Below, piece by piece: positions 10,047 to 19,865 of a DNA stretch of 64,000 nucleotides (its first letter is position 1; each line of letters opens with the position of its first letter). Position numbers and translations under genes: made by a program. Location of the stretch: positions 32,033 to 96,032 of the forward strand of contig CAITQP010000006.1 of assembly GCA_903894565.1 (NCBI GenBank), given 5' to 3'. Below the pieces are notes generated by a model. That model was not told where the DNA came from, ran no database searches, and was given only the letters and a program-made list of their open reading frames with translations. Source of the DNA: an uncultured bacterium. Its GTDB lineage: Bacteria; Patescibacteriota; Minisyncoccia; Phycocordibacterales; UBA9973.

Positions 10047-10301
10047 ATGCCAATCACCAGTTCAGCCAAAAAGGCTATCCGTGTCAGTGCTCGCAAGAAG
10101 CTTGTTAATGATCGTCGCACACGCACGATGAAAGATGAGGTCAAGAAGATCGAAAAGGCAGTCAAAGCCGGAATGAAAGATGAAGCTTTGAAGATGATGT
10201 CAGTTACATTCGCTGCAATCGACAAGGCTGCGAAGCGTGGAGTCATCAAGAAGAACACTGCAAGTCGCAAAAAGGCTCGCATGGCTCGTCTTGTTAAATA
10301 G
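10047..10301 (+). CDS. rpsT: 30S ribosomal protein S20
   Basis: MPITSSAKKAIR...IDKAAKRGVIKKNTASRKKARM. Confidence 0.97.
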   Translation: MPITSSAKKAIRVSARKKLVNDRRTRTMKDEVKKIEKAVKAGMKDEALKMMSVTFAAIDKAAKRGVIKKNTASRKKARMARLVK

Positions 10302-10302
10302 C

Positions 10303-10393
10303 TCGCAAAAGCACAAACAAAATATGCAGAAAAAAACACGGAGGAATGGGTCGACCGTGTTTTTTTCTGCATATTTTGTTTGTGCTTTTGCGA
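10303..10393. repeat. perfect 39-bp inverted repeat (13-nt loop) after rpsT
   Basis: 10303-10341 is the exact reverse complement of 10355-10393. Confidence 0.95.
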
Positions 10394-10424
10394 ATTCTTT
10401 GCCGGACTGTATAATCAGGGGACT

Positions 10425-10682
10425 ATGTCATTATTGAATTTTTACGGACGCGAGTGCCCACACTGCCACACGATGGAACCATTAATCACGAAGCTCGAAG
10501 AGGAAACAGGAGTCAAAGTGGAACGTCTCGAGACATGGCACGACGAGAAGAACGCCAAACTACTCTCTGAATATGACAAGGATTTCTGCGGGGGAGTGCC
10601 ATTCTTCTTCAATACAGAAACCAAAAAATGGATTTGTGGCGAGGCGGATATGGACGAACTGAAGACTTGGGCAGGGAAATAG
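10425..10682 (+). CDS. thioredoxin/glutaredoxin-like protein
   Basis: FYGRECPHC (CxxC) and GGVPFF cis-Pro motif. Confidence 0.85.
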   Translation: MSLLNFYGRECPHCHTMEPLITKLEEETGVKVERLETWHDEKNAKLLSEYDKDFCGGVPFFFNTETKKWICGEADMDELKTWAGK

Positions 10683-10683
10683 A

Positions 10684-10716
10684 ATAAAGGCGCTCCAATT
10701 GTGAAGCGCCTTTATT
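10684..10716. terminator. bidirectional hairpin between convergent genes
   Basis: ataaaggcgc...gcgcctttat. Confidence 0.65.
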
Positions 10717-10724
10717 GCACATTT

Positions 10725-11243
10725 TTATTTCGTTAGCATTCTCTTTTCGGGGATTGGCCCCATTTTCATTCCACTGAGACGATACACGAGCATTGATCCA
10801 TCAAATGCATCGGTTAATATCATGATCAGTTTTCCTCCCGTACCAGTCATTATTTCTGGGAGGATAGTTGCTGTATACCCATTTTTAATTAGGGTATCAA
10901 CGGTTCGCGCTGCGCTTTGACGGGGGTTGTCTACTGCAAGGGACAGTGCATTTGGGGGGAGCAAGTTGGTTGGCTCGTCGAGCCAACCGAGAACTGTCGT
11001 GTTATCTTTTAATAACATTTGGTTGCTGGGTCGTGGAGAAAAAGTGAACCTTTCTCCTAGTCCAGCTTCACGGTCAAAAATTTTAGCCAAAAGTATGGCC
11101 GTTTTTTGATTCTTTACCCCATAGTAGCGATGGCCTCTATCTGGAAGTAAAGTAAAATTGTTTACGAAATGAACGTAGCTTAGGGTCAAGCTGTATAGCA
11201 CAAGGGCTACTACTGCGACCTTACGTAAATTGATTTTCTTCAT
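10725..11243 (-). CDS. hypothetical protein with N-terminal TM/signal
   Basis: MKKINLRKVAVVALVLYSLTLSY. Confidence 0.65.
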   Translation of the reverse strand: MKKINLRKVAVVALVLYSLTLSYVHFVNNFTLLPDRGHRYYGVKNQKTAILLAKIFDREAGLGERFTFSPRPSNQMLLKDNTTVLGWLDEPTNLLPPNALSLAVDNPRQSAARTVDTLIKNGYTATILPEIMTGTGGKLIMILTDAFDGSMLVYRLSGMKMGPIPEKRMLTK

Positions 11244-11393
11244 AAAGTACTTAAAATGGTTGACACTCAGTCTAACATATTAATTTAAAAAGTCAAATTT
11301 TGTATACCCAGAAACCCTGTATTCACAAGCTTGTTTGAGATATCTTTACTAATTTTCCAAAATAACGTATAGTCTAGCGGTCTTTCGACCAAT

Positions 11394-11465
11394 GGTTTTG
11401 TCGTTCAATGGATAGGACACTCCCCTGCGAAGGGAGAAATGCAGGTTCGATTCCTGCCAAGACCA
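11394..11465 (+). tRNA. tRNA-Arg(GCG)
   Basis: Acceptor GGTTTTG/CAAGACC, anticodon arm CTCCC-CTGCGAA-GGGAG, T-arm GCAGG-TTCGATT-CCTGC; CCA not encoded. Confidence 0.92.
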
Positions 11466-11471
11466 CAACGT

Positions 11472-11861
11472 ATGCGTACCATCACCAATTTCTTTCTTGG
11501 TATCGAAGAGCGAGCACGGGTGTATTTTGAGCGGTTTCCTTTTATTCAGGCATTTATTGCCGGTATCGGTGTTATCATTTTTTGGCGTGGAGTCTGGGAG
11601 CTTCTTGATACCCATGGTATTTCGCCTATTTGGTCAATTGCCATTGGGATGATTTTGCTTGGTTCTGTTGGTGTATTCATTCAAACATTCATTGGTAATA
11701 CGATCATCATCAAGAACGTGAAGCAGGAAGAGAAAATGGAAAAGAAAGAATTAGAGAAAGTAGAAGGGGAGGTAGGAACAGAAGAAGTCACTGTTCAAGC
11801 GCTTTCAAAAAAACTCGACACTCTCATTCAGAAAGTTTCGGAAATTGAATCGAAAAAGTAG
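11472..11861 (+). CDS. hypothetical membrane protein (2 TM + charged tail)
   Basis: GIGVIIFWRGVWELLD and a second hydrophobic helix. Confidence 0.75.
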   Translation: MRTITNFFLGIEERARVYFERFPFIQAFIAGIGVIIFWRGVWELLDTHGISPIWSIAIGMILLGSVGVFIQTFIGNTIIIKNVKQEEKMEKKELEKVEGEVGTEEVTVQALSKKLDTLIQKVSEIESKK

Positions 11862-13821
11862 TTCCTTCGCCTAGTTTGCTCGTAACATTGATTGACCCAC
11901 TATGGCTCGCAACGATTTGCTTTGCAATTGCGAGACCGAGTCCACTTCCGGCAGGGCTTCCGGGTTTTTGTGGTGCTCGGTAGAATCGATCAAATATGTG
12001 AGGAATATCATTTTCTGCAATTCCGATGCCGTTGTCACTGACAGTGAGCGTAATGGAAGAATTCGTATCGGCAAGTGTGATCAAGACTTTTCCTGTTCTG
12101 TTTTTGGCGCGATAGTGCATCGCGTTTGCGACTAAGTTCGTGATCAATTCTTCGAGTAATTTTTTATTTCCCACGATATATCCGCACTCCTCTATCTTTG
12201 AAGAAAGGTGAATGTTTTTGTCTTCGGCGATAACTTCAAAATAATCAATTTGCTCTCGAAGGAGTGGAGTAAGTGCGATCGCAGTCATCTCGTGTTCATC
12301 GAGCGAATGTTCGAAGCGAACGACACGAAGGAGCTGACGTATAAAACCAGAAACACGGTCAATTGATTTTTGAACGATATGAAGCTGGCCTGAATTCTCA
12401 CTGTGGTAGCTGAGGAGTTCGATTTCTCCACGGATGACGGCAAGAGGTGTTTGAAGATTGTGTGAAATCGTAATCATTGCTTCTTTTTGCTCCTCTTGCA
12501 GTTTTTGTATCTCATTCGTGCGTTGCGTCACGAGTTGCTCAAGATGTACGCTGTAATTTTGCACTTTCTCATGAAGTTCGGCTTTGCTGAGCGCGATAGC
12601 TGCCTGAAACGCGAAAGTAGCAACAAGGTGGGCATCTTTTTGGGTGTATGCATCGCCAGATTTCTTTGGACCAAGTTTAAGCATCCCCACGATATTTTTT
12701 TCGAACACGATTGGTTGGTATGCGGTATAGAATCCCGCGACGCGGGGCACCTGGTGTATTTGCGTGCCCAAGTCAGTATCAAAGAGAAAACATACTTCGC
12801 TTGCTTTGAATGCTTCTTCAAGAATATGTGCGGTGCGCGTAATAATCTCGTTTCTTTCGAGACTTGTGTAGAGAATTCGACTGAGCGAGTGCACTACTTC
12901 CGCGTAGTTGTACGGGTTTTTAAAAAATATTGGGTCAGACCATATTTGAAAATATGTTTGAATGATTGGCATGCCGGTAATGCCGAGTGCTGTTGTCGTA
13001 CCCGCACTTAATATGATAGATGCATCAGTTGTTGCCCCGAGTATAAGTCCAAATAACGTAATGAGGAGGAGATACACCGTAATTATAAGTATGAGTACGA
13101 TCGTGTACATAAGACTCCGTTGAATAACAATACGGATGTCGAGAAGTTCGTGACGAATGATCGCGTATGCAGTGAGACTTATAAAAATAATTGAGGAAGC
13201 TGGCCCCAGAAAACTTAGTTGGAAAACACCCATTGCGGGCAGTACAACATCAAATATTCCAGCAGTCAGGAGAAAGACTGATAATCCGAAAAGGAGGTAG
13301 TTCATTTGGAGACGAGCTTGGCCGCAAGATTTTTTGTATGCGCGTATCGAGAGGAGAATACTTCCGACGATCATGAGGATTGATATGAAGGAAAACTCGG
13401 GGAACAAGGGTCCCTGTATCGGAATAATGGCCCCGCCCGCGAGAAATTCTGCGCGCTGGATGATGAGATGGAATGGGATTGTGAGGGCCAGAAGAATAAG
13501 GGGAATAAATACGAGAAAAAAATGTTTGTTTGGGTTTACTCCGTCTGGAAAGGTTTTGGCAAAAACAAGGAACCCAGTCAAGAGGACAAAGAATCCATAG
13601 GTTGCCATTTGGTTGAACGGTTCAAATTGATGATTTGTGACAATGAGCATGATACCGAGACTCCACAAGGAAACACCAATTACAGCAAGTGTAAATGATT
13701 GGTTGACGATATTGCGTGGCCTTCGTGCAAAAACAAAAATACCGATTAGAAGATTTAAAACAATGACTACGATAAGCAGTAATTCCTCAAGCGTAATTCC
13801 GATAGAAGATGACGGTATCAT
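11824..13821 (-). CDS. multi-TM (7TM-type) sensor histidine kinase
   Basis: Hydrophobic N-half; H-box SHNLQTPL, NLVANA, DNGIGI, IFDRFYR, GSGLGL. Confidence 0.9.
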   Translation of the reverse strand: MIPSSSIGITLEELLLIVVIVLNLLIGIFVFARRPRNIVNQSFTLAVIGVSLWSLGIMLIVTNHQFEPFNQMATYGFFVLLTGFLVFAKTFPDGVNPNKHFFLVFIPLILLALTIPFHLIIQRAEFLAGGAIIPIQGPLFPEFSFISILMIVGSILLSIRAYKKSCGQARLQMNYLLFGLSVFLLTAGIFDVVLPAMGVFQLSFLGPASSIIFISLTAYAIIRHELLDIRIVIQRSLMYTIVLILIITVYLLLITLFGLILGATTDASIILSAGTTTALGITGMPIIQTYFQIWSDPIFFKNPYNYAEVVHSLSRILYTSLERNEIITRTAHILEEAFKASEVCFLFDTDLGTQIHQVPRVAGFYTAYQPIVFEKNIVGMLKLGPKKSGDAYTQKDAHLVATFAFQAAIALSKAELHEKVQNYSVHLEQLVTQRTNEIQKLQEEQKEAMITISHNLQTPLAVIRGEIELLSYHSENSGQLHIVQKSIDRVSGFIRQLLRVVRFEHSLDEHEMTAIALTPLLREQIDYFEVIAEDKNIHLSSKIEECGYIVGNKKLLEELITNLVANAMHYRAKNRTGKVLITLADTNSSITLTVSDNGIGIAENDIPHIFDRFYRAPQKPGSPAGSGLGLAIAKQIVASHSGSINVTSKLGEGTTFSIQFPKLSE

Positions 13822-13829
13822 TATGAAAA

Positions 13830-14504
13830 TTATATGGTTCGATATGCTCCAAATCGATATCCTCGACGGGGGATCGTTTGAATGAAAGATTGTTTTCTTG
13901 TTTCAAGTTTTTTGCGGAGCAGTCGTATGTGGGTATCAACCGTGTTTGTAAATGGATCAATATTCATATCCCAAACGTGTTCGAGAATCATTTCTCTTGA
14001 GAGGACGGCTTCAGCATGTTGCATGAAATATTCTAAAAGTGCGAACTCCTTATTTCGTAGTTGAATATTTTTTCCATTGAGCGTAACCGTGTGTTTTCGA
14101 GAATCAAGAGTGAGTGGTCCTACTTTGATACTGTCGTTGTATAAAATATGGCCTCGGCGTGTAAGTGCTCGGAGTCGTACAACGAGCTCTCGAAGTGAGA
14201 ATGGCTTTGTTACATAATCATCACAGATGCTCAACATGTCTATTTTAATATCCATATTTTTTTCAGCCGAAAGTACAAGTATGGGTATTGATGGTTTGTA
14301 TTTTCTAATTGCAGATGAGATCTCGCTACCCATCATGTCAGGCAAGTGAAAATCAAGAATGATTACATCGAATCCACATTCAGATGCGAGAGACACTCCG
14401 AGTTCTCCTGTGTGTGCAACTGTTACGACACAGAGCTCAGACTCGAGTCCTTTTTTGATAAATTCGGAAATCTCAATTTCGTCTTCGATAATGAGAACTT
14501 TCAT
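13830..14504 (-). CDS. OmpR-family response regulator
   Basis: LIIEDE, ILDFHLP, KPF, winged helix ...RRGYRF. Confidence 0.92.
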   Translation of the reverse strand: MKVLIIEDEIEISEFIKKGLESELCVVTVAHTGELGVSLASECGFDVIILDFHLPDMMGSEISSAIRKYKPSIPILVLSAEKNMDIKIDMLSICDDYVTKPFSLRELVVRLRALTRRGHILYNDSIKVGPLTLDSRKHTVTLNGKNIQLRNKEFALLEYFMQHAEAVLSREMILEHVWDMNIDPFTNTVDTHIRLLRKKLETRKQSFIQTIPRRGYRFGAYRTI

Positions 14505-14606
14505 GGTAGTTAGCAGCGTTCAAATAGTATCACAAACAAGGTAATCGAAATCTAAACTCGCAATTGAAGAAACCGCCTTATTTTAAGCGGTTTTTCAAGA
14601 TTCATA

Positions 14607-15083
14607 TTAAAAACCAAGATGTTCCATGACCCGATGGGTGAGCTGCTCCTTGAAGTTTTTTTCTGTGAGACGAGTGAGGAGAAGCTGGCGAAGGGATTCT
14701 GGGTCGATTGTGTAGGGGAGTGCGATCGAAATCACTGGGGCCACGATGCGACTGGTCTCGATGATAAGGTGGTTGCCGAGATCGTGTTCGTCGATTGAGA
14801 AACCTTTTATTTTTTCGAAAGAATAAAAAAAGTTTTTGATACGCACGCCTTCGTCTGAAATGGAGATTTCGATAATTTCCGGTCTTCGTGCTGCGTAGAA
14901 TCCAAGAACGATAGCAGCAAGAATTATAAATATAGCAAAAAGTGTATCATGAAAAATCACAGCAATTGCAGCACTCGCAATTGCGATAACTCCAAGTGCC
15001 CAAAACCAGTCGGGACCTTTTTCTCGGTGATTGTATTCCTCAATCTCCCAAGAAATTCGGGGTTCTTTGTTTCCTTGTTTCAT
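14607..15083 (-). CDS. conserved hypothetical membrane protein
   Basis: ISWEIEEYNHREKGPDWFW, 2 TM, ends MEHLGF; pattern I associate with CPR. Confidence 0.75.
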   Translation of the reverse strand: MKQGNKEPRISWEIEEYNHREKGPDWFWALGVIAIASAAIAVIFHDTLFAIFIILAAIVLGFYAARRPEIIEISISDEGVRIKNFFYSFEKIKGFSIDEHDLGNHLIIETSRIVAPVISIALPYTIDPESLRQLLLTRLTEKNFKEQLTHRVMEHLGF

Positions 15084-15127
15084 ATACGTTTCTAGTGTAT
15101 CACGGAACACATGATGTGTGTGGTGAA

Positions 15128-15811
15128 TTACTCGATGATTCGGGGACTACCATGAGCTTCACCCCATACAAATGGATTTTGATACCATGCCTCAAGTTCG
15201 GTGATCGTTGCTTCATCAAGTAGTTTTTCAGTTCGTGCAGTTTCAAGGAGGTAAGGAAAATTGATGAGCGGAGAGAGCGCGCATGGTGGAGTCATCATAT
15301 TGAATTTATTTTCTTGATTTGGAAAATCGTAATAGTAGATGACAGAACAAGTGGAGACAACGGCTCCTTCTCGACGCATTGCTTCGACTGCATTTATGGC
15401 GCTACCACCTGTCGAGATCGTATCTTCAATGACGAGAACTTTTTTGCCTGCGAGACCACCGGGGATGTCTCCCTCGACTTGTCTGCCTGCTCCGTGGTCC
15501 TTGGCTTTTGCTCGAATATAGAGAAGGGGAAGGCCGAGTTTGTCAGCGAGTGTTGTTGCATGGGGTATTGCACCTGTCGCGACACCTGCAATAGCGTCGT
15601 ATGATGTACCGCTCTTTGTAATTTGTTCGGCGAAAGCTTCTGCGATGCTTGCGCGAACCTCTGGGTATCCGATGAGGCAACGGTTATCAATATATACGGG
15701 CATTGCATAGCCGGAGGCCCAACGAAATGGCTTTTCGGGCGAGACTTTGATAGCACCTCGGGTCAATATTGCTCGTGCAATAGCACTTCTTGGATCTATT
15801 TGGTCACTCAT
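15128..15811 (-). CDS. pyrE: orotate phosphoribosyltransferase
   Basis: FRWASG...PVYIDNR, KDHGAG, VIEDTISTGGS. Confidence 0.92.
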   Translation of the reverse strand: MSDQIDPRSAIARAILTRGAIKVSPEKPFRWASGYAMPVYIDNRCLIGYPEVRASIAEAFAEQITKSGTSYDAIAGVATGAIPHATTLADKLGLPLLYIRAKAKDHGAGRQVEGDIPGGLAGKKVLVIEDTISTGGSAINAVEAMRREGAVVSTCSVIYYYDFPNQENKFNMMTPPCALSPLINFPYLLETARTEKLLDEATITELEAWYQNPFVWGEAHGSPRIIE

Positions 15812-15840
15812 GCGTCATATGGTAGCATAGGAATGAAATT

Positions 15841-16794
15841 ATGAAACTACGTGGTATTGAATTTGGATCGTGTATTGGAGCCTCTGGTCTCAATGGCTGG
15901 TTTGGTGAAGGTTATCCATATCACAAGGTTTTACATCTCCTCCCCGGGTTTACCTTCGAAGGCGTGACGCTGACTGCCAAAACAACGACACTCGAGAGCC
16001 GTGAGGGCAATATGCCACTTCGTAAGGACAAGATTACTCCTCGCGAATTGAAGCCCGCGAGTATTGTAGTGAAGCCTGGAGCTGGGGTTGTGCTGAATGC
16101 GGTTGGACTTTCGGGCCCCGGGTTGCGCTATTTGCTCGATCTCGGAGAATGGCAGAAATTGGAGAAACCATTCCTCCTCTCATTCATGTCTGTCGGTGCG
16201 ACGAGCGCTGAACGTATTGAAGAATTGAGACAAGCGGTGGAGATTTTGAAAACGGAATTGCCGAAATTTAGAGCACCTGTTGGCCTACAATTGAATTTCT
16301 CATGTCCCAATGTCGGGCACGCACAAGCAGAAATGGTACAAGACATTCATGAGTCACTCGCAATCGCAAGCGTACTCAATATTCCGCTCATTCCAAAAAT
16401 TTCAGTTCTGATTCCACCCGACAAAGCAGGCGAGATCATTCGTGATCCAAATTGTGATGCGCTCGCTGTTTCAAATACGATTGCATGGAGTGATTTGCCG
16501 GAAGATGTGCAGAAAGTATTTTTCCGCACGACGAAGTCTCCGCTTGCGCGATTTGGTGGGGGAGGAATTTCGGGAAAATATTTGTTACCACTCGTGGAAC
16601 AATGGTTGTACCAATTCAAAAAGTTTTCTGGTGGCAAGCCAGTGATTGCAGGCGGTGGAATTATGCGTGCACGCGATGTAGATACGCTCGTAGCTGCTGG
16701 CGCGAATGCGGTGTCGCCAGGGAGTGTTGTGATTTTGCGACCATGGAAATTGAAGATGATTGTGGCGCGGGCAAAAAAGCTTCTCGAGAAATAA
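15841..16794 (+). CDS. pyrD: dihydroorotate dehydrogenase (class 1-like, catalytic Cys)
   Basis: AKTTT, NAVGLSGPG, LNFSCPN, SNTI, GGISG, AGGGI. Confidence 0.85.
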   Translation: MKLRGIEFGSCIGASGLNGWFGEGYPYHKVLHLLPGFTFEGVTLTAKTTTLESREGNMPLRKDKITPRELKPASIVVKPGAGVVLNAVGLSGPGLRYLLDLGEWQKLEKPFLLSFMSVGATSAERIEELRQAVEILKTELPKFRAPVGLQLNFSCPNVGHAQAEMVQDIHESLAIASVLNIPLIPKISVLIPPDKAGEIIRDPNCDALAVSNTIAWSDLPEDVQKVFFRTTKSPLARFGGGGISGKYLLPLVEQWLYQFKKFSGGKPVIAGGGIMRARDVDTLVAAGANAVSPGSVVILRPWKLKMIVARAKKLLEK

Positions 16795-16802
16795 TTTTTT
16801 TC

Positions 16803-17441
16803 ATGTTTGAAACAATATTGGGCGCGTTTTTTCCTGATTCGTGTTTGGGGTGCGGGGAGAGAGGTTCTTTGTTGTGTGCGGAGTGCTTGCGGAGCTTGCC
16901 TCAGGCAAGCTCCGCTGAGTTCTCGTGGATCACTAGCCTTTATGCATACCAGGATTCTCGAGTGCGCAGTTTGATTAAAAAAATTAAATTTAAAAATACA
17001 CGACACGGGGTAGAAGTGTTTGCTGAAGCACTCGCGTGGGCGGTGACTGAATATGTGGGAGAGGAAGCGATGCTCATTGGCAAACGCACGATTTGTCTTG
17101 TGCCAATTCCACTTTCAAAGAAGCGTGCAAAAATGCGTGGGTATAATCAATCGGAACTTTTGGCGCGAGGTATGCTCAAATATCTTGATCGGGACCGCTT
17201 TTGTGTTGATACAAAACTTCTGGTGAAAGAAGTTGAAACGACGGCACAAGCAGATATAAAAAGGAAAAGTGAACGACTAATGAACCTTGGCGGGTGTTTT
17301 CGAGCGACGAGAGTCTCTCGAGGAGAGTGCATATTTTTGATTGATGATGTGACCACAACGGGAGCGACACTTAGGGCGGCGCGGAGCGAGCTCCGCGCCG
17401 CCCGCTTCAATCACATTCATGCCTTTACCATTGCACACTAA
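16803..17441 (+). CDS. comF: ComF family amidophosphoribosyltransferase-like protein
   Basis: CLGC...LCAEC, VPIPLS...RGYNQS, LIDDVTTTGAT. Confidence 0.88.
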   Translation: MFETILGAFFPDSCLGCGERGSLLCAECLRSLPQASSAEFSWITSLYAYQDSRVRSLIKKIKFKNTRHGVEVFAEALAWAVTEYVGEEAMLIGKRTICLVPIPLSKKRAKMRGYNQSELLARGMLKYLDRDRFCVDTKLLVKEVETTAQADIKRKSERLMNLGGCFRATRVSRGECIFLIDDVTTTGATLRAARSELRAARFNHIHAFTIAH

Positions 17442-17656
17442 AAATAAATACCGTCGTCATGTATTTGCGTGAGCTTCTCTAATCGCGCAAGTACAATCGG
17501 GCGGTATCTATTCCATGGTCCAATTGAATTGTAAAAGAATTGTATTTTGACGGCGGTTTTTTGTGATGATGAGTAAATAAAGCGCATCACCCGACAAGTG
17601 ATACGTGGATCATAGCGAATGAGCGGTCAAGAAATAGTAAAGAAATTCGAAGGCTG

Positions 17657-18331
17657 TTATTTATTTGTATCAATTTTGTACCCACGCCCAGAAAGACAAT
17701 GGATGAGGTTACGTTTTCCATGAACGTTTAGTTTGTTTCGAAGATTTAAAATATGTGTTTCAATCGTACGTGAAAAAGCGTCAACGCGCGTATCCCAAAC
17801 ATGTTCAAGGAGTTCGCCTCGAGTTACGACATAGCCGATGTTTTGTAAAAGAATTTCGAGAATTGCGAATTCCTTTCTGGTGAGATACACAACACCGTTT
17901 CCACGTGTGACTTTTTGTGTTTCCATATTGAGAGTAATATCGTGGTAAGTGAGGATGGGGAGGATTCGTGCTTTTGGCCGACGAAGAATGGCTGTGATGC
18001 GTGCGTGGAGTTCTTCGAAGTAGAATGGCTTCATGAGGAAATCGTCGATACCTGCGGTAAAGCTTTTGAGTTTGTGTTCAAGACTACACATGTTTGAAAG
18101 CAAGATGACGGGTGTTTGGCACCCATTCATGCGAATGTACTGACAGAGATTGTGTCCCATTTGTCCGGGGAGAGAATTGTCGAGCACGATGAGGTCGTAT
18201 GGATTTGATTCCGCGAGTTCGGTAGCGCTCGAGGCATCACTCGCCACATCTACAGCAAAACACTTTTCCTCAAGACGGCGTTTGAGAAAAAGTTGGAAAC
18301 TCGCGTCGTTTTCAGCAATAAGTAATCGCAT
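17657..18331 (-). CDS. OmpR-family response regulator (no adjacent kinase)
   Basis: REC domain LD..LPG, KPF; LTRKEF, GRGYKI. Confidence 0.9.
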   Translation of the reverse strand: MRLLIAENDASFQLFLKRRLEEKCFAVDVASDASSATELAESNPYDLIVLDNSLPGQMGHNLCQYIRMNGCQTPVILLSNMCSLEHKLKSFTAGIDDFLMKPFYFEELHARITAILRRPKARILPILTYHDITLNMETQKVTRGNGVVYLTRKEFAILEILLQNIGYVVTRGELLEHVWDTRVDAFSRTIETHILNLRNKLNVHGKRNLIHCLSGRGYKIDTNK

Positions 18332-18468
18332 ACTGTTTCTGTAGTATATCGTGCACCTATTTGTTTGTGGTGAAGTAGTTTAAAAATAGGTTATCTCCAT
18401 TTTATCAATTTTTTATATAAAAAATGCCGTATTTGAAATACGGGTGAAAACAGTTAGAATACGCCCAT

Positions 18469-19857
18469 ATGGAATACCGTACAGAAAAAGATTCATTGGG
18501 TGAGGTTCAGGTCCCAGCGACTGCTTACTATGGCGCGCAAACACAGCGTTCGATACAGAATTTTCCGATTGGAGTCGGCACCCACACGATGCCGATTGAA
18601 GTCGTGCATGCAATCGCGCTCGTCAAAAAGGCTGTTGCGCAAGCGAATGGGAGCCTTGGCGTGCTTTCAAACGAGAAGGCAAGCGTGATCACTACTGTGT
18701 GTGATGAAATTCTTGCAGGGAAGCTCGACGGGGAATTTCCGCTTGTCGTTTGGCAAACTGGTTCTGGTACACAGACGAATATGAATGTGAATGAAGTGAT
18801 CGCCAATCGTGCGCAGGTACTCGCTGGGGGAGCGCTCACTGATGCGAAAAAAAGTATTCATCCAAACGACGACGTGAACATGTCGCAATCTTCAAACGAT
18901 GTTTTTCCGACGGCGATGCATATTGCCACGTACACGATGATCGCACGTACGACACTTCCTGCGCTCAAAAAACTTCGTGATACATTCGCACGGAAATCTG
19001 CCCAATATATGAGTGTTGTCAAAATTGGACGAACACATACGATGGATGCGACGCCGGTCACACTTGGCCAGGAATTTGGTGCGTACGTGGAGATGCTTGA
19101 TATGGGTATCACAAGTATTGAGCAGAAACTTCCCGCGCTCGCAAAGCTCGCGCTCGGAGCAACTGCGGTCGGCACAGGACTCAACGCTCCACAGGGCTAT
19201 GCACAAAAGGCAATCGCAAATATTGTGTCGCTTTCTGGTTTTCCATTCAATCAAGCACCGAATCTTTTTTCAGCTATTGCCTCACATGAAGCACTCGTCG
19301 ATATGCATGGTTCGCTCAAGACAGTCGCGACAAGTCTCATGAAGATATCAAATGATATTCGTTTTCTTGCCTCAGGCCCGCGCGCAGGTATTGCTGAAAT
19401 CAGTATTCCAGACAACGAGCCAGGCTCGTCTATTATGCCTGGCAAAGTAAACCCCACGCAGTGCGAAGCACTCGCCATGGTTTCGGCTCAGGTGATGGGT
19501 AACGATGTTGCAGTTAGTATTGGTAACGCGAACGGCCACCTTGAACTCAACGTCTATAAGCCACTCATTATTCGAAACGTACTCGAAAGCGCACGACTAC
19601 TCGGAGAGGCGAGCGCGTCCTTTAGCGACAATTGTGTCGCGGGTATCGAACCGCTTTATGAGAACATCAAGCGCAATCTTGATCGCTCAATTATGCTTGT
19701 TACCGCGCTCACACCGCACATTGGTTACGACAAATCTGCTGAAATTGCAAAGAAAGCTCAGGTAGAAAATACGACTCTTAAAGAATCAGCGCTTCTGCTT
19801 GGCTATGTTACCGAAGCAGATTTTGATGCGTGGGTTCGCCCCGAGCAAATGATTTAA
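18469..19857 (+). CDS. fumC: class II fumarate hydratase
   Basis: [36 protein letters not shown]. Confidence 0.97.
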   Translation: MEYRTEKDSLGEVQVPATAYYGAQTQRSIQNFPIGVGTHTMPIEVVHAIALVKKAVAQANGSLGVLSNEKASVITTVCDEILAGKLDGEFPLVVWQTGSGTQTNMNVNEVIANRAQVLAGGALTDAKKSIHPNDDVNMSQSSNDVFPTAMHIATYTMIARTTLPALKKLRDTFARKSAQYMSVVKIGRTHTMDATPVTLGQEFGAYVEMLDMGITSIEQKLPALAKLALGATAVGTGLNAPQGYAQKAIANIVSLSGFPFNQAPNLFSAIASHEALVDMHGSLKTVATSLMKISNDIRFLASGPRAGIAEISIPDNEPGSSIMPGKVNPTQCEALAMVSAQVMGNDVAVSIGNANGHLELNVYKPLIIRNVLESARLLGEASASFSDNCVAGIEPLYENIKRNLDRSIMLVTALTPHIGYDKSAEIAKKAQVENTTLKESALLLGYVTEADFDAWVRPEQMI

Positions 19858-19865
19858 CCACTTGG

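Noticed and set aside
10034-10437. ORFs 10034-10372(-) and 10237-10437(+) sharing FFSAYFVCAFA
   Set aside because: Artefact of the perfect inverted repeat and the antisense of rpsT.
11439-11471. Upstream start MQVRFLPRPQ for ORF 11439
   Set aside because: Lies inside the tRNA-Arg T-arm; ATG 11472 is used instead.
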